64,000 nucleotides of DNA from Camelus dromedarius (GCF_036321535.1 NC_087436.1:6634001-6698000), one strand, 5' to 3'; shown: positions 37,413 to 50,614, numbered from the stretch's first letter. The notes: generated by a model from the sequence alone, not told the origin. Numbers and translations are program-made.

Positions 37413-37650
37413 TTTTGTTTTCCTTTTTTTTGAGGTATAGTTGATTTATGATGTTGTGTTAGTTTCTGGCTAAGGCATAGTGATTCAGTCATATAAATAC
37501 ACACTGCTTTTCATGTTCTTCTTCATTATAGACTGTTACAAGGTGTTCAGTATAGTTCCCTGCGCCGTGCAGCAGGCCCTAGTGGTTGATCTATTTTATA
37601 TACAGTCGTGTGTTTCTGCTAATCCCACACTCCCAATTTGTCCCTCCCCC
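37413..37650 (-). mobile_element. 5'-truncated L1 3' UTR fragment
   Basis: L1 tail signature; TSD AAAGGCAGCT at 37402-37411 and 37651-37660. Confidence 0.9.
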
Positions 37651-39591
37651 AAAGGCAGCTTTTGTCTCAGGGTTGAGTGTCGTCCATCTTTCCCTCCAGC
37701 TCCTCCCCTGCATTAATCCCATCTCTGGGTGAAGCCAAGACAGTAGGGACATGGCAAGGAGCTTGTCTTCATCAAAAGGTGGGCTTCCCGCTCTCAAGGC
37801 GCTGGCTCAGCGCAAACACCTGGCATTTGGATGCTGGGAGCCAGGCTGGTGCAGTGTTACCATCTGTGACGTTCCTCAGTTTCCCCCCCTCCAAACCCCA
37901 GACTTCTCTTACCTCCATAGGGAAGGAACAAAACTGATATAAGCCCGGAATGTCACACTCCCACCTTTATGGTTACCCCCAAGCCTATGGCAAAAGCCAT
38001 ACTTGGTAAACCTACCAAGTTTGACCAATCAGTCTCTCTCTCCTTAAATAATGACCTTATCTGTTTAGAGCTGTTTGAGGTTCACAGTGGACCTGAGATC
38101 AGGTTGCAGATTTTCCTTCTGCCTCGTGCCCCCACCCATGCAGAGCCTCCCCGGTCGTCAGCCCCACTCAGCAAAGCGATCCGTTGCTTATGGAGGACAG
38201 ACGGACACCCGCACAGCCCAGTCACAAAGCCGCGGGTTGACCTTTGGGTCTGCTCGCTGCTGTGCCCTGTGAGAGTCTGGACAAGCGTACCATGCCGGTC
38301 TCCACCCTTACAACATCACACAGAGTGTCTCCACGGTCCTGCACATCCTCTGTGCTCTCCCCAGCCCAAAGAGCGCTCTTTTTTGGGCTCAGGAGCTCCT
38401 TTTCATCCCTGAGTAGTTTCCAACTGTTCCGTTTCTTGTACTGATGAATTCCCCCAGTATTTGTTAAGAGCCAGTTTCCTGAAGTGTAGACCTCTTCCAG
38501 GCGGGGGAGTTTGTGTCTGAGCACTCGTCGATTTTTACAGACAGAAAGGGAAGACGTTTCCCCGGGGAAAGGAGAGAGCGGCATTTATCCCAGAGCTAGA
38601 AGGAGAAGGAGCTTCCTTTTGTCCCATGGGCTCCTCTGGCCAAAGTGCTGTGTGCGGCCCCTCGTGTAGGGGTCCTGGTTGGATAACCCGCACCCCTGCC
38701 CCCTCTAGTGGATGTCGCTGCGGGCAGCCTGGTCCCAGGAGGCACAGCTCCAGACACGTAACCTCTTGTCGCCGGGCCAGCCCTCCTCCGGCAGCCCAGG
38801 TGCGCTGGGCTTGGGTCTCACGGCCGCTGGCTGTGGAGCAGCTGTTTAACAGGGGGGCTCTTTCCAGAATTGAGTCCAGATCAGCGCTCGTGGGTCAGGG
38901 CTGCTGTGTTCCAGTCGGCGGACCCTAGTTAGTAGGTCACTTCCAGGGGAGACAGCCTTGCCCGCACGTGTTAGACCTGCGCCATCTCCCTGTGTTCTAG
39001 AAACCTCTCTGTGCAGGGCCGGGACCCCCAGGACCCCGGAGCTAGTGTGGGGCGAGGGACGCAGCCATCCCTGAGGATGAAATGACAAGGTGTCTCCTCT
39101 CCTCCAAAACAAATCCCACGTGTGTTCACCCGCAGTTGCACCCTCTGCCCAGAAGACTCCCCCTTTCTCCCTGTCCCCCTAGTGTCTGGGACCGGGGACC
39201 TTGGCCAGCTCTGCCCCGAGCACTGGGGGCAGCAGACTTCACTTTCTTTTTCTATCTCTTTTCTTTTCTTTCTGTCTGACATTCTCAGTAAGGATCACCA
39301 GCAGATTAATTCTTCTGTGGCCCTTGTGGGCTGAGGAGGTGGCCTGACCTGCGTTGGTTCGGTCTGGCCCGCTGACCGGGATTGGAGGCTGAGATGGGGC
39401 CTCCATGCTGAGCGAGTGATTATGGGTTTATCTGTCTTCCATGACTTTCCCCGCATGTGGTTTCCTTGGGGACCTGACCTGGATGTGTGGAGGAATGTGC
39501 GTGGAGCCTGTTTCAGAGGGGAGACCAGACAGGGCATGAGAGGGACGGGACTGTAAACAGAGTAAACAGTCCTTAAAAGGAGCAGTGTATG

Positions 39592-39978
39592 ATCAGACAG
39601 AGGAAGGCAAATATTGTCTGGTATCGTTCTATGTGGAATCTTAAAAAAAAAATGATACAAATTCTATTTACCAACCAAAAACAGACTCACGGACCCAGAA
39701 AACAAACTATGGTTACCAGAGGGGAAAGGGGCGGGGAGGGATGAATTAGGGGTTGGGGATTAATAGCCACACATGACTGCATATAAACTAGATAAACAGT
39801 AAGGATCTCCTATATAGCACAGGGAACTACGTCTATTTCTTGTAATAACATATAATGGAAAAGAATCTGAAAAGAAAAAACATATATGTATGTATATGTG
39901 TAACTGAATCACTTTGCTGTACACCTGAAACTAACATCACAAATCGACTACACTTCAATAAAAATTTTTTTTAAAAAA
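39592..39978 (+). mobile_element. L1 3' UTR fragment (sense)
   Basis: TCAGACAGAGGAAGGCAAATAT..ATGTGGAATCT..GGTTACCAGAGGGGAAAGGGGCGGGGAGGG..ACTTCAATAAAA. Confidence 0.92.
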
Positions 39979-40219
39979 GCATTATGTGAAACAGTGCCCA
40001 GGGTTTGGGGCTGAGTCACCTGGGAGAATGGTAGCAGAATTAGTGGAAATAGGGCCGTCACAAGGGGAAGTGACTTTGTAAAGGGGAGTACGGGCATTTG
40101 TTTTTGCAGAGGCCACGCTGGAGGTGAGTTGGACACTCCAGTGATGCTGTTTGTGGGGCAGTGGGGGTTGGGGACATGTTAGGCCAGCGGGCCCAGAAAG
40201 CATATATCTTGCTCTTAAG

Positions 40220-40478
40220 ACTTTTTGTTTCTTGTTTTTTGTAGTTAAAAAGTTTGATCCATAATTGGTATATAACATTGTATTAGCTTCAGCTGTACAA
40301 CATGATTCGTGATTTGTATATGTTGTGAAACAGTCACCTCGGTAAGCCCAGTTAACATCCATCGCTTGACACAGTTACCAAAACATTTTTTCTCATCATG
40401 AGAATGTTTAAGATCTCTTTTCTCAGCAACTGTCAAATACGTAGCACAGTATCAACTACAGTCACCGTGCCGTACAAG
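40220..40478 (-). mobile_element. L1MA/L1MB-type 3' end
   Basis: ATAATTGGTATATAACATTGTATTAG..GTACAACATGATT..TAAGATCTC..CTCAGCAACT.TCAAATAC. Confidence 0.8.
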
Positions 40479-43400
40479 ACTTTTCCTTTCCTATTTCCTT
40501 CCTCAAAATTACTTTGGTCAAAATTCTGTTTGCTCATCCAGACTCCGTTCAGATGCCACCTCTGATTGTCTTGCTGACTGCCCCAAATGGACATGCTCTC
40601 TGACTCCGGAACTTACTGGATTTGGGGGTTTTTTTGTTTGTTTTGTCTTGCTGGCACTGACAGCATTCCACTGGCTGGTGTTCTGAGTATCCGGAAACCA
40701 CCGGGTTCCACCTTGAGAACACGGAGCACCGTGTGTCTGTTGCGTGGTACCCAGCCTGGCACTGAGGACGCTGGGGAGCTCCCAGTGTCTCAGTATGTTT
40801 ATCTGAGCTGCTTTTTGTTCAGCTGGTATCACTCCTTAGAGGAACATAAATTATCAGCCATTGTATAAAGCTCCTCTTTGTGCCCAAACTCGCCTCTAAA
40901 GCTTGAAGAACCTCTCCCGGTGCTTGCATTTCAGAATTTAACCAGTACATGTGTGTAGGGTCCTGTCCGTGCCTCTGCCTGTGTTTACCCCTTTTTTGTT
41001 CTTTCTTTTCAGTTGCAGAGTTAAGTTTTTTTACGCCTTAGAGCCCCTTCTCTATGGACTATTTTATCTTCTTCTATATCGGTTCTAGTTTAGATTTCTG
41101 AGGTTCACTGCCAAGAAATGGAGTATTCTGCTAAATATTAATATTCTGTCCTGTTCTATCCTATTCCATTCTATTCTGTTCAAGAACAGAGTCCTCTGAG
41201 AGCTTTGTTTCCTCGGAAGAACTTGAACATAAGCCTTCCCTGAATGGACCACACCTTTGCCCACTTGCTTGTCTGTGTGTTCAGAGGCCCCTGAAAGAGC
41301 TGCCTGTGTGCACTCTTCAGCTGGGCATTGTCGTGCCATTGGCAACGTGGCCTTGACCCTGGCCGGCCCGTCCCTCAGATCAGCCACGAAAACGCTGAGT
41401 CCACTCTTCACCCCCTGCCACTGAAAAGACCGCCCTGTTTCTACTCCTCCTTCCAGAGAAGTGTTTGTTTAGCCCGTCTTCTGTGTTCTGGCCCTAATCC
41501 AGCACTCCGTCCACGATAAACATTGACTGGCTTCACACCGTTCCATCCTCCTACAGACAAGGGACCAGATACCCGTGTACCAGCGCAGTTCCCACAGTAC
41601 AAGCGTTGATGGCAGGGGAGATGCGGGTGAATGGAGGAGTGCTTGTTTGATTTCTCATGGCCGTCCTTTAAAAACACAAACCGCCCAAGTTTACTGGTGC
41701 ATCAGTCCTAGACGCTTGCAGCTTCCAGGGGCTGCCAGACGTTTGTTCCTCCCGTTTGAGTTTTGCAGATGTCAGTTTTGAAATAAGTGGGCCAACTAGG
41801 GCTTGAGACTGTTTATTTCCCCCATAAATTGTGGCTGTCTTCAAATGGCAGTGAGGTTGACAGTGGTTTTTATTTCCTAGTGAACACAGCTTGGTTTGGG
41901 AAGAGGCTCCGATAGTCACCCTCTGCAACCTTTGTTCTGTGACAGTCTTGGTCCCTTTTTCCTGGAAAAGCGGTGATAAAGTGACTGGCGTCAGACGTAT
42001 TGCAGTCTTGATCTCCTGGGGTTTCCTTCTCCTTCTGACCTTCTGTGATTTCCTCTGCACGATGCTGTGCCCTTAATTTGCCGCTTTAATCAGCTCAGAT
42101 GAGGTAATCTCCTAGTAGGGAGTCGGGGTAGGAGACACAGCTTTCTGAGTATTGCTTCTTAAAGCCCTAGGTCCTCTTTTAACCCCCGAGTCTGTGACCT
42201 GACTTGTACGTCTGAGACAGATGCACCTGTGACTCCAGGTGGAGCTCCCATCTCCTGGAAGTCTGGAGCTGGAGGGTCTGGTGCTTAGATCTGTCGGGAC
42301 AGTTAGGAATCTGCCCGTCCCCGATGAGTGCAGTCAGCCCAGGTCCTCTTAATTAGATCTCCTCTTTTCCTTGGGAAAGGCCGGAGAAGATCCGTTTCGT
42401 CTGTGAAATGTAGTGGTGATGGTTTCAAAGTAGAAACAAGCCAAGCTGGAGGTTTAGGATGCTGAAGTTGGGAACCACGTTGCTGCATAAACCAATTTTC
42501 CCTGCAGTTTTCTTTTCTAAACAGCGTGGTGAGAGAGGTGCACATGGGTCACACGTGCCCCTGGGTGCTAGAGGCCAGTGTTTCAGAGAAAACATTGTTG
42601 ATAAGACAGACTGAACTGCAATCGTTCACATCAATGTGGATTTTCTTTCCTAAGTAGGTGTGTTTGTCTCCTAGAACAAGGAAGCAGGCTCCCCGCCAAG
42701 GCGCTGGTGGCCTGCGCGGGTGGAGCGGGTCGGAAACGCAGACCACAGTTCCTGCATCAAGCCTCTACTGGTTTCCAGTCCTACAGATGTGGCTGCTTCC
42801 CTTGTCTTGCACTTGTGAAAAATTGTTGTGACTTTGCAGCCAAAATGCATTTTATATTTTTTAATGATCGTAAACCTGTCCTGCTGTGCGTTGTGAACCC
42901 TTGCGTTGTTTTCACGAGATCTGTGCGCCTTCCTGGCACCGAGATGCTCAGAGCCCCTCAGACTCCGGTCCAGGCTCCTGCACGCGGCAGGGCGGGGCTG
43001 CTCTCTCTGGGCTCTGCCCCAACCTCGGCACCCTCAGCTGAGCTGTCTCGCTTCCTCACACAGTTCTGAGCTTTCCCTTCCCGAAGGTGTCTTTGCCTGG
43101 AGCTGGCCCCTCCCTCCACCTCTCACCCGCGGACTCCTGCCTTGTGAGGGTGGGCGCAGTGGGGGCTTGGAGCCCGACTCCAGCCGTCCCAGGCGACAGC
43201 ATCGCTCGAGGCTGTGTGATCTTGCTCCTTCCTGGGCCTCTCTGTGCTGTGCTGCTGGGCTCCCGCTGGTACTTCGTGGTGTGGTTGTGAGATGTCGGCC
43301 GGCTGGTCTCGTGGAGTTAGAGCAGTGCGTGGTCCATGGTAGGTGCTCTAACAGCTGGTCGCACCCACCCCCCAGCGGACCAGACAGCCCTGCCACCTCC

Positions 43401-43624
43401 TGTTCATCATGCACTGTGGGCACCGTCCCACTGGGCTGTCCCCGCCTGTGCCTGACTCTGCCCAGGCCCACTAGGTCAGGTGACATGCCATGTCCGTGTG
43501 TTCACAGGGGACCCGGTGCCTGGCACGTTGACCAGAGGGCCGGTTAGCTCAGGCCGTAAGCTTAGTGTCTGACCTCAGCTTTCCTTTCCCCATGTGAAGA
43601 CCTTTTTGGCTTTTTTTGGCGTCC

Positions 43625-44260
43625 TTTTTATTTGGAGTATAGTCAGTTTACAATGTGTCAATTTCTGGTGGACAGCATCATGTTTCAGTCATAGATATAC
43701 ACGCATGTATTCCTGTTCATATTCTTTTTCATTATAGGTTACTACAAGGTATGGAATATAGTTCCCTGTGCTGTACAGAAAAAGCTTGTCGTTTATCTGT
43801 TTTATATATAGTAATTAGTATCTGCAATTCCTGAACTCCCAATTTATGTCTTCCCACTCCTTTCCCACTCAGGTAACTGTAAGTTTGTTTTCTATGTAAG
43901 TCTGTTTCTGTTTTATAAATAAGTTCATTTGTGTCTTTTTTTTAGATTCCACATATAAGTGATATTATTTGATATTTGTCTTTCTCTGTCTGACTTAATT
44001 CACTTAGAATGATGATCTGTAGATTCATCTATGTTGCTGCAAATGGCGTTATTTTATTATTTTTATGGCTGAGTACTATTCCGTTGTATAAATACACCAC
44101 AACTTCTTCATCTACTCGTCTGTCAGTTGACATTTAGGTTGCTTCCATGTCTTGGCTGTTGTAAACAGTGCTGCTGTGAACACTCGGGTACATGTTTCTT
44201 TTTGAATTAGAGTTTTCTCTGATAGATGCCCAGGAGTGGGATTGCTGGATCATATAGGTT
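43625..44260 (-). mobile_element. 5'-truncated L1 (ORF2 end plus 3' UTR)
   Basis: GAGTATAGTCAGTTTACAATGTGTCAATTTCTGGTG..AGATTCCACATATAAG..GCTGCAAATGGC..GGAGTGGGATTGCTGGATCATAT. Confidence 0.95.
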
Positions 44261-45132
44261 CCTTTTAAGCTTTTATTTGGGCTTTTGATGAGAAGGGAGA
44301 TGAAGGAAACGACCGTCTCCTGGTTCAGCCTGGGGTCCTTTGTGGGAGGTTTGAGGCTGTAACGTGCGCTGCCTGGGAGGAGGGGCGGTGCACGCGGACG
44401 GGCCCCTGGGATGGTGCCATGTTCTCCGAGGAAAGGTCACAGAGGGCCCCACGGAGAGCTGGCTGGACTCTGGAGGAGCAGCTGGTCAGCACTGACGCCG
44501 GGGGCAGTCACGGCCACCGCCCCCGCTCTGAGCACGTGCTCCCAGGCTGTCCCGGCACCCGCCTCTGTTGGCCACGACGCAGCCGGAGAAGCCCTGGTGT
44601 TCTCCCCTTGCGTGCTCCGTCTGTGGCCAAGAACAGAAACGGTGTGAAGGAAAGGCTTCTGCGAGGGTAGAGTCGTCTCTGGCCACGAAGGATGAGAAGT
44701 GTTTCTGCCCTGGGGGTGATTGCTGGTCCTGGCCGCCCAGGGGCAGGCTGCCCTCGGGGAGAGCGCTGCCTCTCCTGGGGCAGGGGTGGGGAGGGGCTGG
44801 CTGCGCTGCTCTGAGCCCTTTGGTCAAAGCCATCCGAGGCCTGGCGCACTTGGGGAGTGAGGCCGGCAGTGGACTGCTGTGGACTGGCTGCAGATTGGAC
44901 CCCCACAGCAGTGTAATTTGGCACAGGTCCCGTGTCTGAGCTTGCCCCTGCGCCCTCCATCCGCGCTGGCCCGAGGGGACAGTGGTGTGGGCACAGTTTG
45001 GTGGGCACGGACTGCAGGCAGCGCCGCTCCAGGCACTTCCCAGTAGAGCTGCCGAATGTGTTCTCATGACTGTTTATATGTGGGGCCTCGTCTCCTTCTG
45101 AAGAAAGCAAGGCAGGACGCATAGCATTAGGG

Positions 45133-45182
45133 GTGTGTGTGCACACACGTGTGCATGTGTGTGCGCGTGCGTGTGCGCATGT
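45133..45182. repeat. 50-bp perfect alternating purine-pyrimidine tract
   Basis: GTGTGTGTGCACACACGTGTGCATGTGTGTGCGCGTGCGTGTGCGCATGT. Confidence 0.9.
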
Positions 45183-45919
45183 CCCACCTCTTATCACGAT
45201 TAGCTCTGTGGTTTGGGGCAAATTGCTCTCCGTCTCAGTCTTTGTACCTGTGGGTGGAAAGAACGTCCCTGTTAGATGAGACGGTGAGAGCATGGTGACC
45301 TCTGATTGTGACAGGCATCCAGGGAAACGGATGAACAATTTCCGAGCGTTTTGCCGGTGGGCCTTGCTGGGCAGGGCATGAGGGGCGGTTCCCAGTGCTC
45401 CTGAGAGTAAGGGCCAAGGGCACAGTCACTCTGCCCAGGCTTCCCAGGCCCTTCCCGGTCCCCAGGCCACCCTGTCCCTGGCTCTTGGTCTCTGCAGAGT
45501 CAGAGGAGGTGGGGGCGTGTGTCTCCACACCTGGCTGAGCCCCTCTGCTCCGGCAGGCGTGCTGCCCCCGGGGACGCGTTCACCCAGATGCAGCTCTGCT
45601 TCTACAGGTCCCTGTGCTTTCGCGGTGCCGTCCTGCAGCAGCTGCTCTTCGTCTGCTGGACGCTGCCCAGTTTCCCGCCACACCCCCCACCCCGCCCGCG
45701 GAGCCTCGGAAGGAGCAGGCTTGGGGGTGTATGTGTGTATGTGTAGCATGGCAGGCTCTTCCCGCCTGGAAGTCATTCTCACATGGTTAAGACATTAAAG
45801 ATGTTATTGTTAGGAGGAACAGTTGGTCCATTTATTTGTTAGAATAATGGCTCTGTTACAGGCTAACCTGGGTTTGTAGGACAGCCAGGTACTCTGGCCG
45901 CCTCTGTCACAATGCTTCT

Positions 45920-46427
45920 TTTTTTTTTTTTAACATTTTTTATTGATTTATAATCATTTTACAATGTTGTGTCAAATTCCAGTGTTCAGCACAATTTTTC
46001 AGTCATTCATGGACATATACACACTCATTGTCACATTTTTTTCTCTGTGAGTTATCATAACATTTTGCATATATTTCCCTGTGCTACACAGTGTAATCTT
46101 GTTTATCTATTCTACAATTTTGAAATCCCAGTCTATCCCTTCCCACCCTCCACCCCCCTGGTAACCACAAGTCTGTATTTTCTGTCTGTGAGTCTATTTC
46201 TGTCCTGTATTTACGCTTTGTTTTTGTTTGTTTGTTTGTTTTTGTTTTTTAGATTCCACATATGAGCGATCTCATATGGTATTTTTCTTTCTCTTTCTGG
46301 CTTACTTCACTTAGAATGACATTCTCCAGGAGCATCCATGTTGCTGCAAATGGCATTATGTTGTCGGTTTTTATGGCTGAGTAGTATTCCATTGTATAAA
46401 TATACCACATCTTCTTTATCCAGTCAC
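45920..46427 (-). mobile_element. Young 5'-truncated L1 with a distinct 3' UTR
   Basis: Pure poly(T) tail; perfect 16-bp TSD CTGTCACAATGCTTCT at 45904-45919 and 46428-46443; intact ORF2 end frame (..[19 protein letters not shown]..). Confidence 0.96.
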
Positions 46428-47811
46428 CTGTCACAATGCTTCTGACGTGTGTTCTGAGCTAGAAAAGCAGACTTATGCGTGAACTCCGGGACCCCACACA
46501 GTACAGCCTCATTCAGAAGTATCTGCTGGGCGTCTCCATGTTCCAGGCACAATGAACTGTTAGGGCAGGGAATGAATGGTACGTCCCTGCCCTGGGGCAG
46601 TTCCGTTCATGTAGGTGTGTTCCACGCTGTTCTGTCCTAACGTGCACGAGAGGAGCGAACCCTGTGCCGAGAGGTAGAGGCGGGGTCTTGCCGGAGCCCC
46701 TGGTGAACGTCATTAGTGACTGGGGTCTAAGCCGGTGGGTTCCTGCAGGTTTCAGGTGGACTTTTTTTTTCCATTCAGGACTTTCTTAGGCTTTTTAATC
46801 TTACCGTTTGGAGAGTTAGATACTAAATATATATATACATATATATATATTTATATTTATGTTGGTATAAATAATATACTATATATGTACTATATATATT
46901 TAAGTCAATTTGCTATTTGAGCTCATGATTTTGTTTATTCTTATTGTCCTTCCATCTTCTCTGTAAATGATTTTCTAAAAATAAAACCCAAATTACCCTG
47001 ATTAGAATTTGTTCCCCAGTTTTCAGAAAACCTGGCTCAGTGGGGTGGAGAGGTGGGGGCTGAGTGTTGGGGGGTGGCAGCAGATGCAAACATGGACTTT
47101 CTGGTAGGACTTGTGGTTGCTCCGAGACACGCTCGGGCTGCAATGTCTCCAGCCTCCTCTCTAACTTCATTTTTATTTTCAGCGTCCACCGATACTCTGG
47201 GCTTTAGCTGTTTTCTTCTGTATGGAGAGGCCTAAAGAAGTCTCTGCACTGGGGTTCTGGTGATACTAGGAGCTTTACCAGTTACACCAGCGATGGTTAA
47301 GATGCAGGAAATCCTCCTTTGGGGCGTCACCACTTCCCACGGGCTCACAGAGCACGGCTGTCGGCAGGGACCTCAATGTGCCCCATGTGTTCCCTCTCCT
47401 GCACGCTCTCCGCATTGTGTGGAGTGACACAGGAGGGCTGTGTGAGTCTGTCATCGACCCGGACAGAGCTGCGTAGAGAGACGGGTTATAAGTGGTATAA
47501 GGTGTGTTTTGGGCCGGCGGGGTGGGCATCTGATGGAGCCGTGTCCCTGAGCAGGTGACAGACACGGGGACCCAGGCAGCAGGGTCTTCTGGTCTTTTTC
47601 TTCCCCTGGAGGAAGCAAACCTTTCCCCGTGGAAGGAGGCACAGGCCATGTGGGTGAGGCTCTGGGTGACAGACATTCCTCCAGTGCCTTCTGCTCGCCC
47701 AGCACTGAGCTGCTTTGTGGGGGCGCAGGGAGGACTACGACACGGTCTGCTTTTCTGGAGCTCACGGTCGAGTAGAGGAAACGGTCACAAAAACCGTCTC
47801 AGGTACTGGTC

Positions 47812-48450
47812 CAGTCAACCCGCATCACCCGCGGGTTCCCCGTGTGCAGGTTTGCCTGCCCACCGAAATCAGTGCGTGACCTTCAGGTCAACACTTGCGC
47901 CGTGTTCACGGTCATTCAGGGCCGTGGGCAGGTGGGCAAAACCCTGCGGGCTCCCTAGTGCGCCTTCGCAGCGGAGGTCAGACGGGGTGGCCGCCCCTGC
48001 TGGTTTCAGCCCTCCTACGCAGACAGGAGTCTGTTTTACAGTCCGTTTAGTGTGCAGGTGTTGTTTTTCCTTTGCATTTCTGTGCTTTTTGTTAGTGGTT
48101 TTGCTGTTTGAAATGGCCCCCAAGCTTAGTGCTGAAGTGCCGTCTAGTCTTCCTAAGACAAAAAGAATGTGATGTGCCCTGCGGAGAAAATGCATGTTTG
48201 ATGAGCTTTGTTGGGGTGAGTTCTGGTGCTGTTGGCTGTGATTTCAGTGATCATGAAGCAACAGTACATATTAAATAGAGGGTCTTTAAACAGAAACATG
48301 CATAAAACAAGATTAAGGACTCATCACTGTATGAAATCTTGTGGCCAGAGACTGGCAGGAGCCGAGCCCTGTGTCTCCCCTGAAAGCAGTGGCTCGTTAA
48401 CCAGTTTCCATAGCGACCGTGTGGCGCACAGGACCAGGTGATGGGGCAGC
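47812..48450. mobile_element. TcMar-Tigger non-autonomous element (MER82-like)
   Basis: TGTGCTTTTTGTTAGTG..GAAATGGCCCCCAAGC.TAGTGCTGAAGTG..TCTAGT..TCCTAAG..GTGATGTGCC..GGAGAAAAT..GTCTTTAAACAGAAACA matches the recalled MER82 consensus; starts with CAGT. Confidence 0.75.
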
Positions 48451-49426
48451 ATCCGCAGGCAGCTCAGGATCGGCACCTGATCCCAGGACGAGTTCTGAGG
48501 TCGTTCCGGCCAAAGGACTGATGAGGTGAGGAGTCAGAGCAAGGGCTCGTGGGGCTTGAGAGGTAAGAAGTAAGACCCAACAGTTTCATGGGAAGGGCAC
48601 TGGAAGCTGAGGAAGTCAGGGCAGGCTGGAGAGGGTGGGACGGCTGTGTGGCAGGGCTGTGGTCTGAGGCGTCCTGGAAAACCGCTGGTGGAGAGGGCGG
48701 GAGCCTCGTGGTCATGGTCAGCATTCACAGCCGCAGGGCTCTGAGACTCAGAGATGCGGAGACTCAAGGCCCCGAGAGCAGCACAGGTGGTTCAGCGTCC
48801 ACGTGTGCGGCCGTGTGCGCGTTCCCGGGGATTCCCAGCCCCTGACCTGTGATCGGGAATCTCGAAAGCCCAGGTGCAAAGAGGCAAAGTGTCAGATGAG
48901 TGGCTGGGATCCTGATGGCACAGAGGGAGGTGCTGCTTTGGTTTACAAGTCCCACCTCCTTTGCCCCGTGGGGAGGCCCTGGGGCAAGAACCAGCAAGGT
49001 TTGTTGACGGATTAGATTTGGGAGGGCGCGGGAGGGAGTGGTCAAGAGTTGCCCCCAGTGTTGACTAAGAGTCACGAGATACTCTTTCTTCTGCAGAGAG
49101 TGGAGCGAGCTCACATGTCCGGAGTGTTCTCTGTTCTCCCTTGGTGGCCACAGTCCTTCAGTTTTCGGTTCCCTTGTCATGTGACTGTCATTACTGCGGC
49201 ATCAGAGGTTGGCGACCGTGTGCAGTTGACAGAAAGAAGTAGTGAGCCCTCTCGGGTCTCTCTGTGTGGCTTTGGGAGGTGACCGCTTCCTCTCGGGCTC
49301 TCAGAGGTTTCGCTCTGGTCACCTCCAAATACTGCTCCTGCCGGCCTGGACGGAGCTGGGTGTCTTTCTCACGGTCTGGAGGTGGAGGGGAGGCAAACGT
49401 AGTTCTTCAGAGTTTCCCAGGGCTGC

Positions 49427-49631
49427 GGGCGCTGCCTGATTCGGTGGCCACCAGCCATGCGGGGCTGGTCTGAGCGGTGTTCTCTGCATATTAAACTCAC
49501 CCTGGATTTCAAAGACTGTGTGAATTATTAAAATTCACTCCGTCTGTTTCTTTTTTGCTTTTTTAAATGTGAGTACTAGAACGTTTTAAATTACACGTGT
49601 AGCTCACAGTACATTTCTGTTGGACGGTGTT
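49427..49631 (-). mobile_element. MER33/MER3-like hAT MITE
   Basis: TACTAGAACGTTTTAAATTACACGTGTAGCTCACAGTACATTTCTGTTGGAC resembles the reverse-complemented MER33 terminus; GGTGGCCACCAGCCA at the other end. Confidence 0.7.
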
Positions 49632-50385
49632 TCATTGCTCCCTTTGGATTTCTAGGGAATAATTTGAAAATACTGTTAGATGGTACTAGTTATAAAGATC
49701 AAGTTCTTGGGTCCACTCGTATTTATAATTCCGTGGAAGTTACTAACGTACCTGAATGTAGCTCTTGTAAACAGGAGTGCTGTCATGAATACGAAAAAGG
49801 TCTCTGCCGAGAAAAACTCCTCCCTAAGAACTGTGTTCTTCGTTTTGTTTTGTGGAAATTCTGTGATTCTGTCCTGAAGGCAACATTCACAACAGTTCTG
49901 CTGGATGGACTGCAACTGAAATCTTTAAGAACTGATATAAAGGTTAGCGTTACCTCATGCTCTGGGCAAAATACAGGCAGATTTTTAAATGTGCAATTAT
50001 TTTTCAAAGGAGCACCCGAATCTGTGCCACCTTGAGCCGTACTGTAATGAGGTTTTGCTGTCTCCGAGGGTGACTGTTTCCAGAACCCAGGTGAACCGCC
50101 GTTCTTGCGGCAGCCTGAGGGAATATGGCAGGAAAGAGGTTACTTCGAACTTCAGAGCCGTTGCCTCAGTGCCTCCTCTGCTCCGTGGTAGCTCACCTAC
50201 ACAAGCAACACGCAGGAAAGGTAAAAGACGCGGTGTGCACGTCCCCAGAAAGTGCCTCGCAGTTTAGGAGTCGGTAACAGACATCCTGACACCCGGCGTG
50301 TGTGGCGGGGAGAGGTTAGCACTTCACCGTAGCAGCTAAAGCGTGGAAGACTGAACGTGATGTTTTACAGAAAGGCACAAAATAT

Positions 50386-50614
50386 CGAGATTCGCAGATA
50401 CTGACTACTGTGTATAAAATACATAAACAAGGACCTCTTGTACAGCACAGGGAACTGTATCAGTATCTTGTAATAACATATAATGGAAAAGAATCTGAAA
50501 AGGAATATGTGTATATTCATGTATGACTGGGACATGACGCTGTACAGCAGAGACTGACAGACACTGTAAACTGTACTTCAATTAAAAAATGAAAAAAATT
50601 TTTAATTAAAAAAA
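50386..50614 (+). mobile_element. L1 3' UTR fragment (sense)
   Basis: GAGATTCGCAGATACTGACTAC..ACAGCACAGGGAACT..ATGACTGGGACAT..ACTTCAATTAAAAA. Confidence 0.9.

Noticed and set aside
42707..48172. Many 100-280 aa ORFs in the GC-rich intron
   Set aside because: Overlapping on both strands, no recognisable domains, and expected by chance at this GC content.
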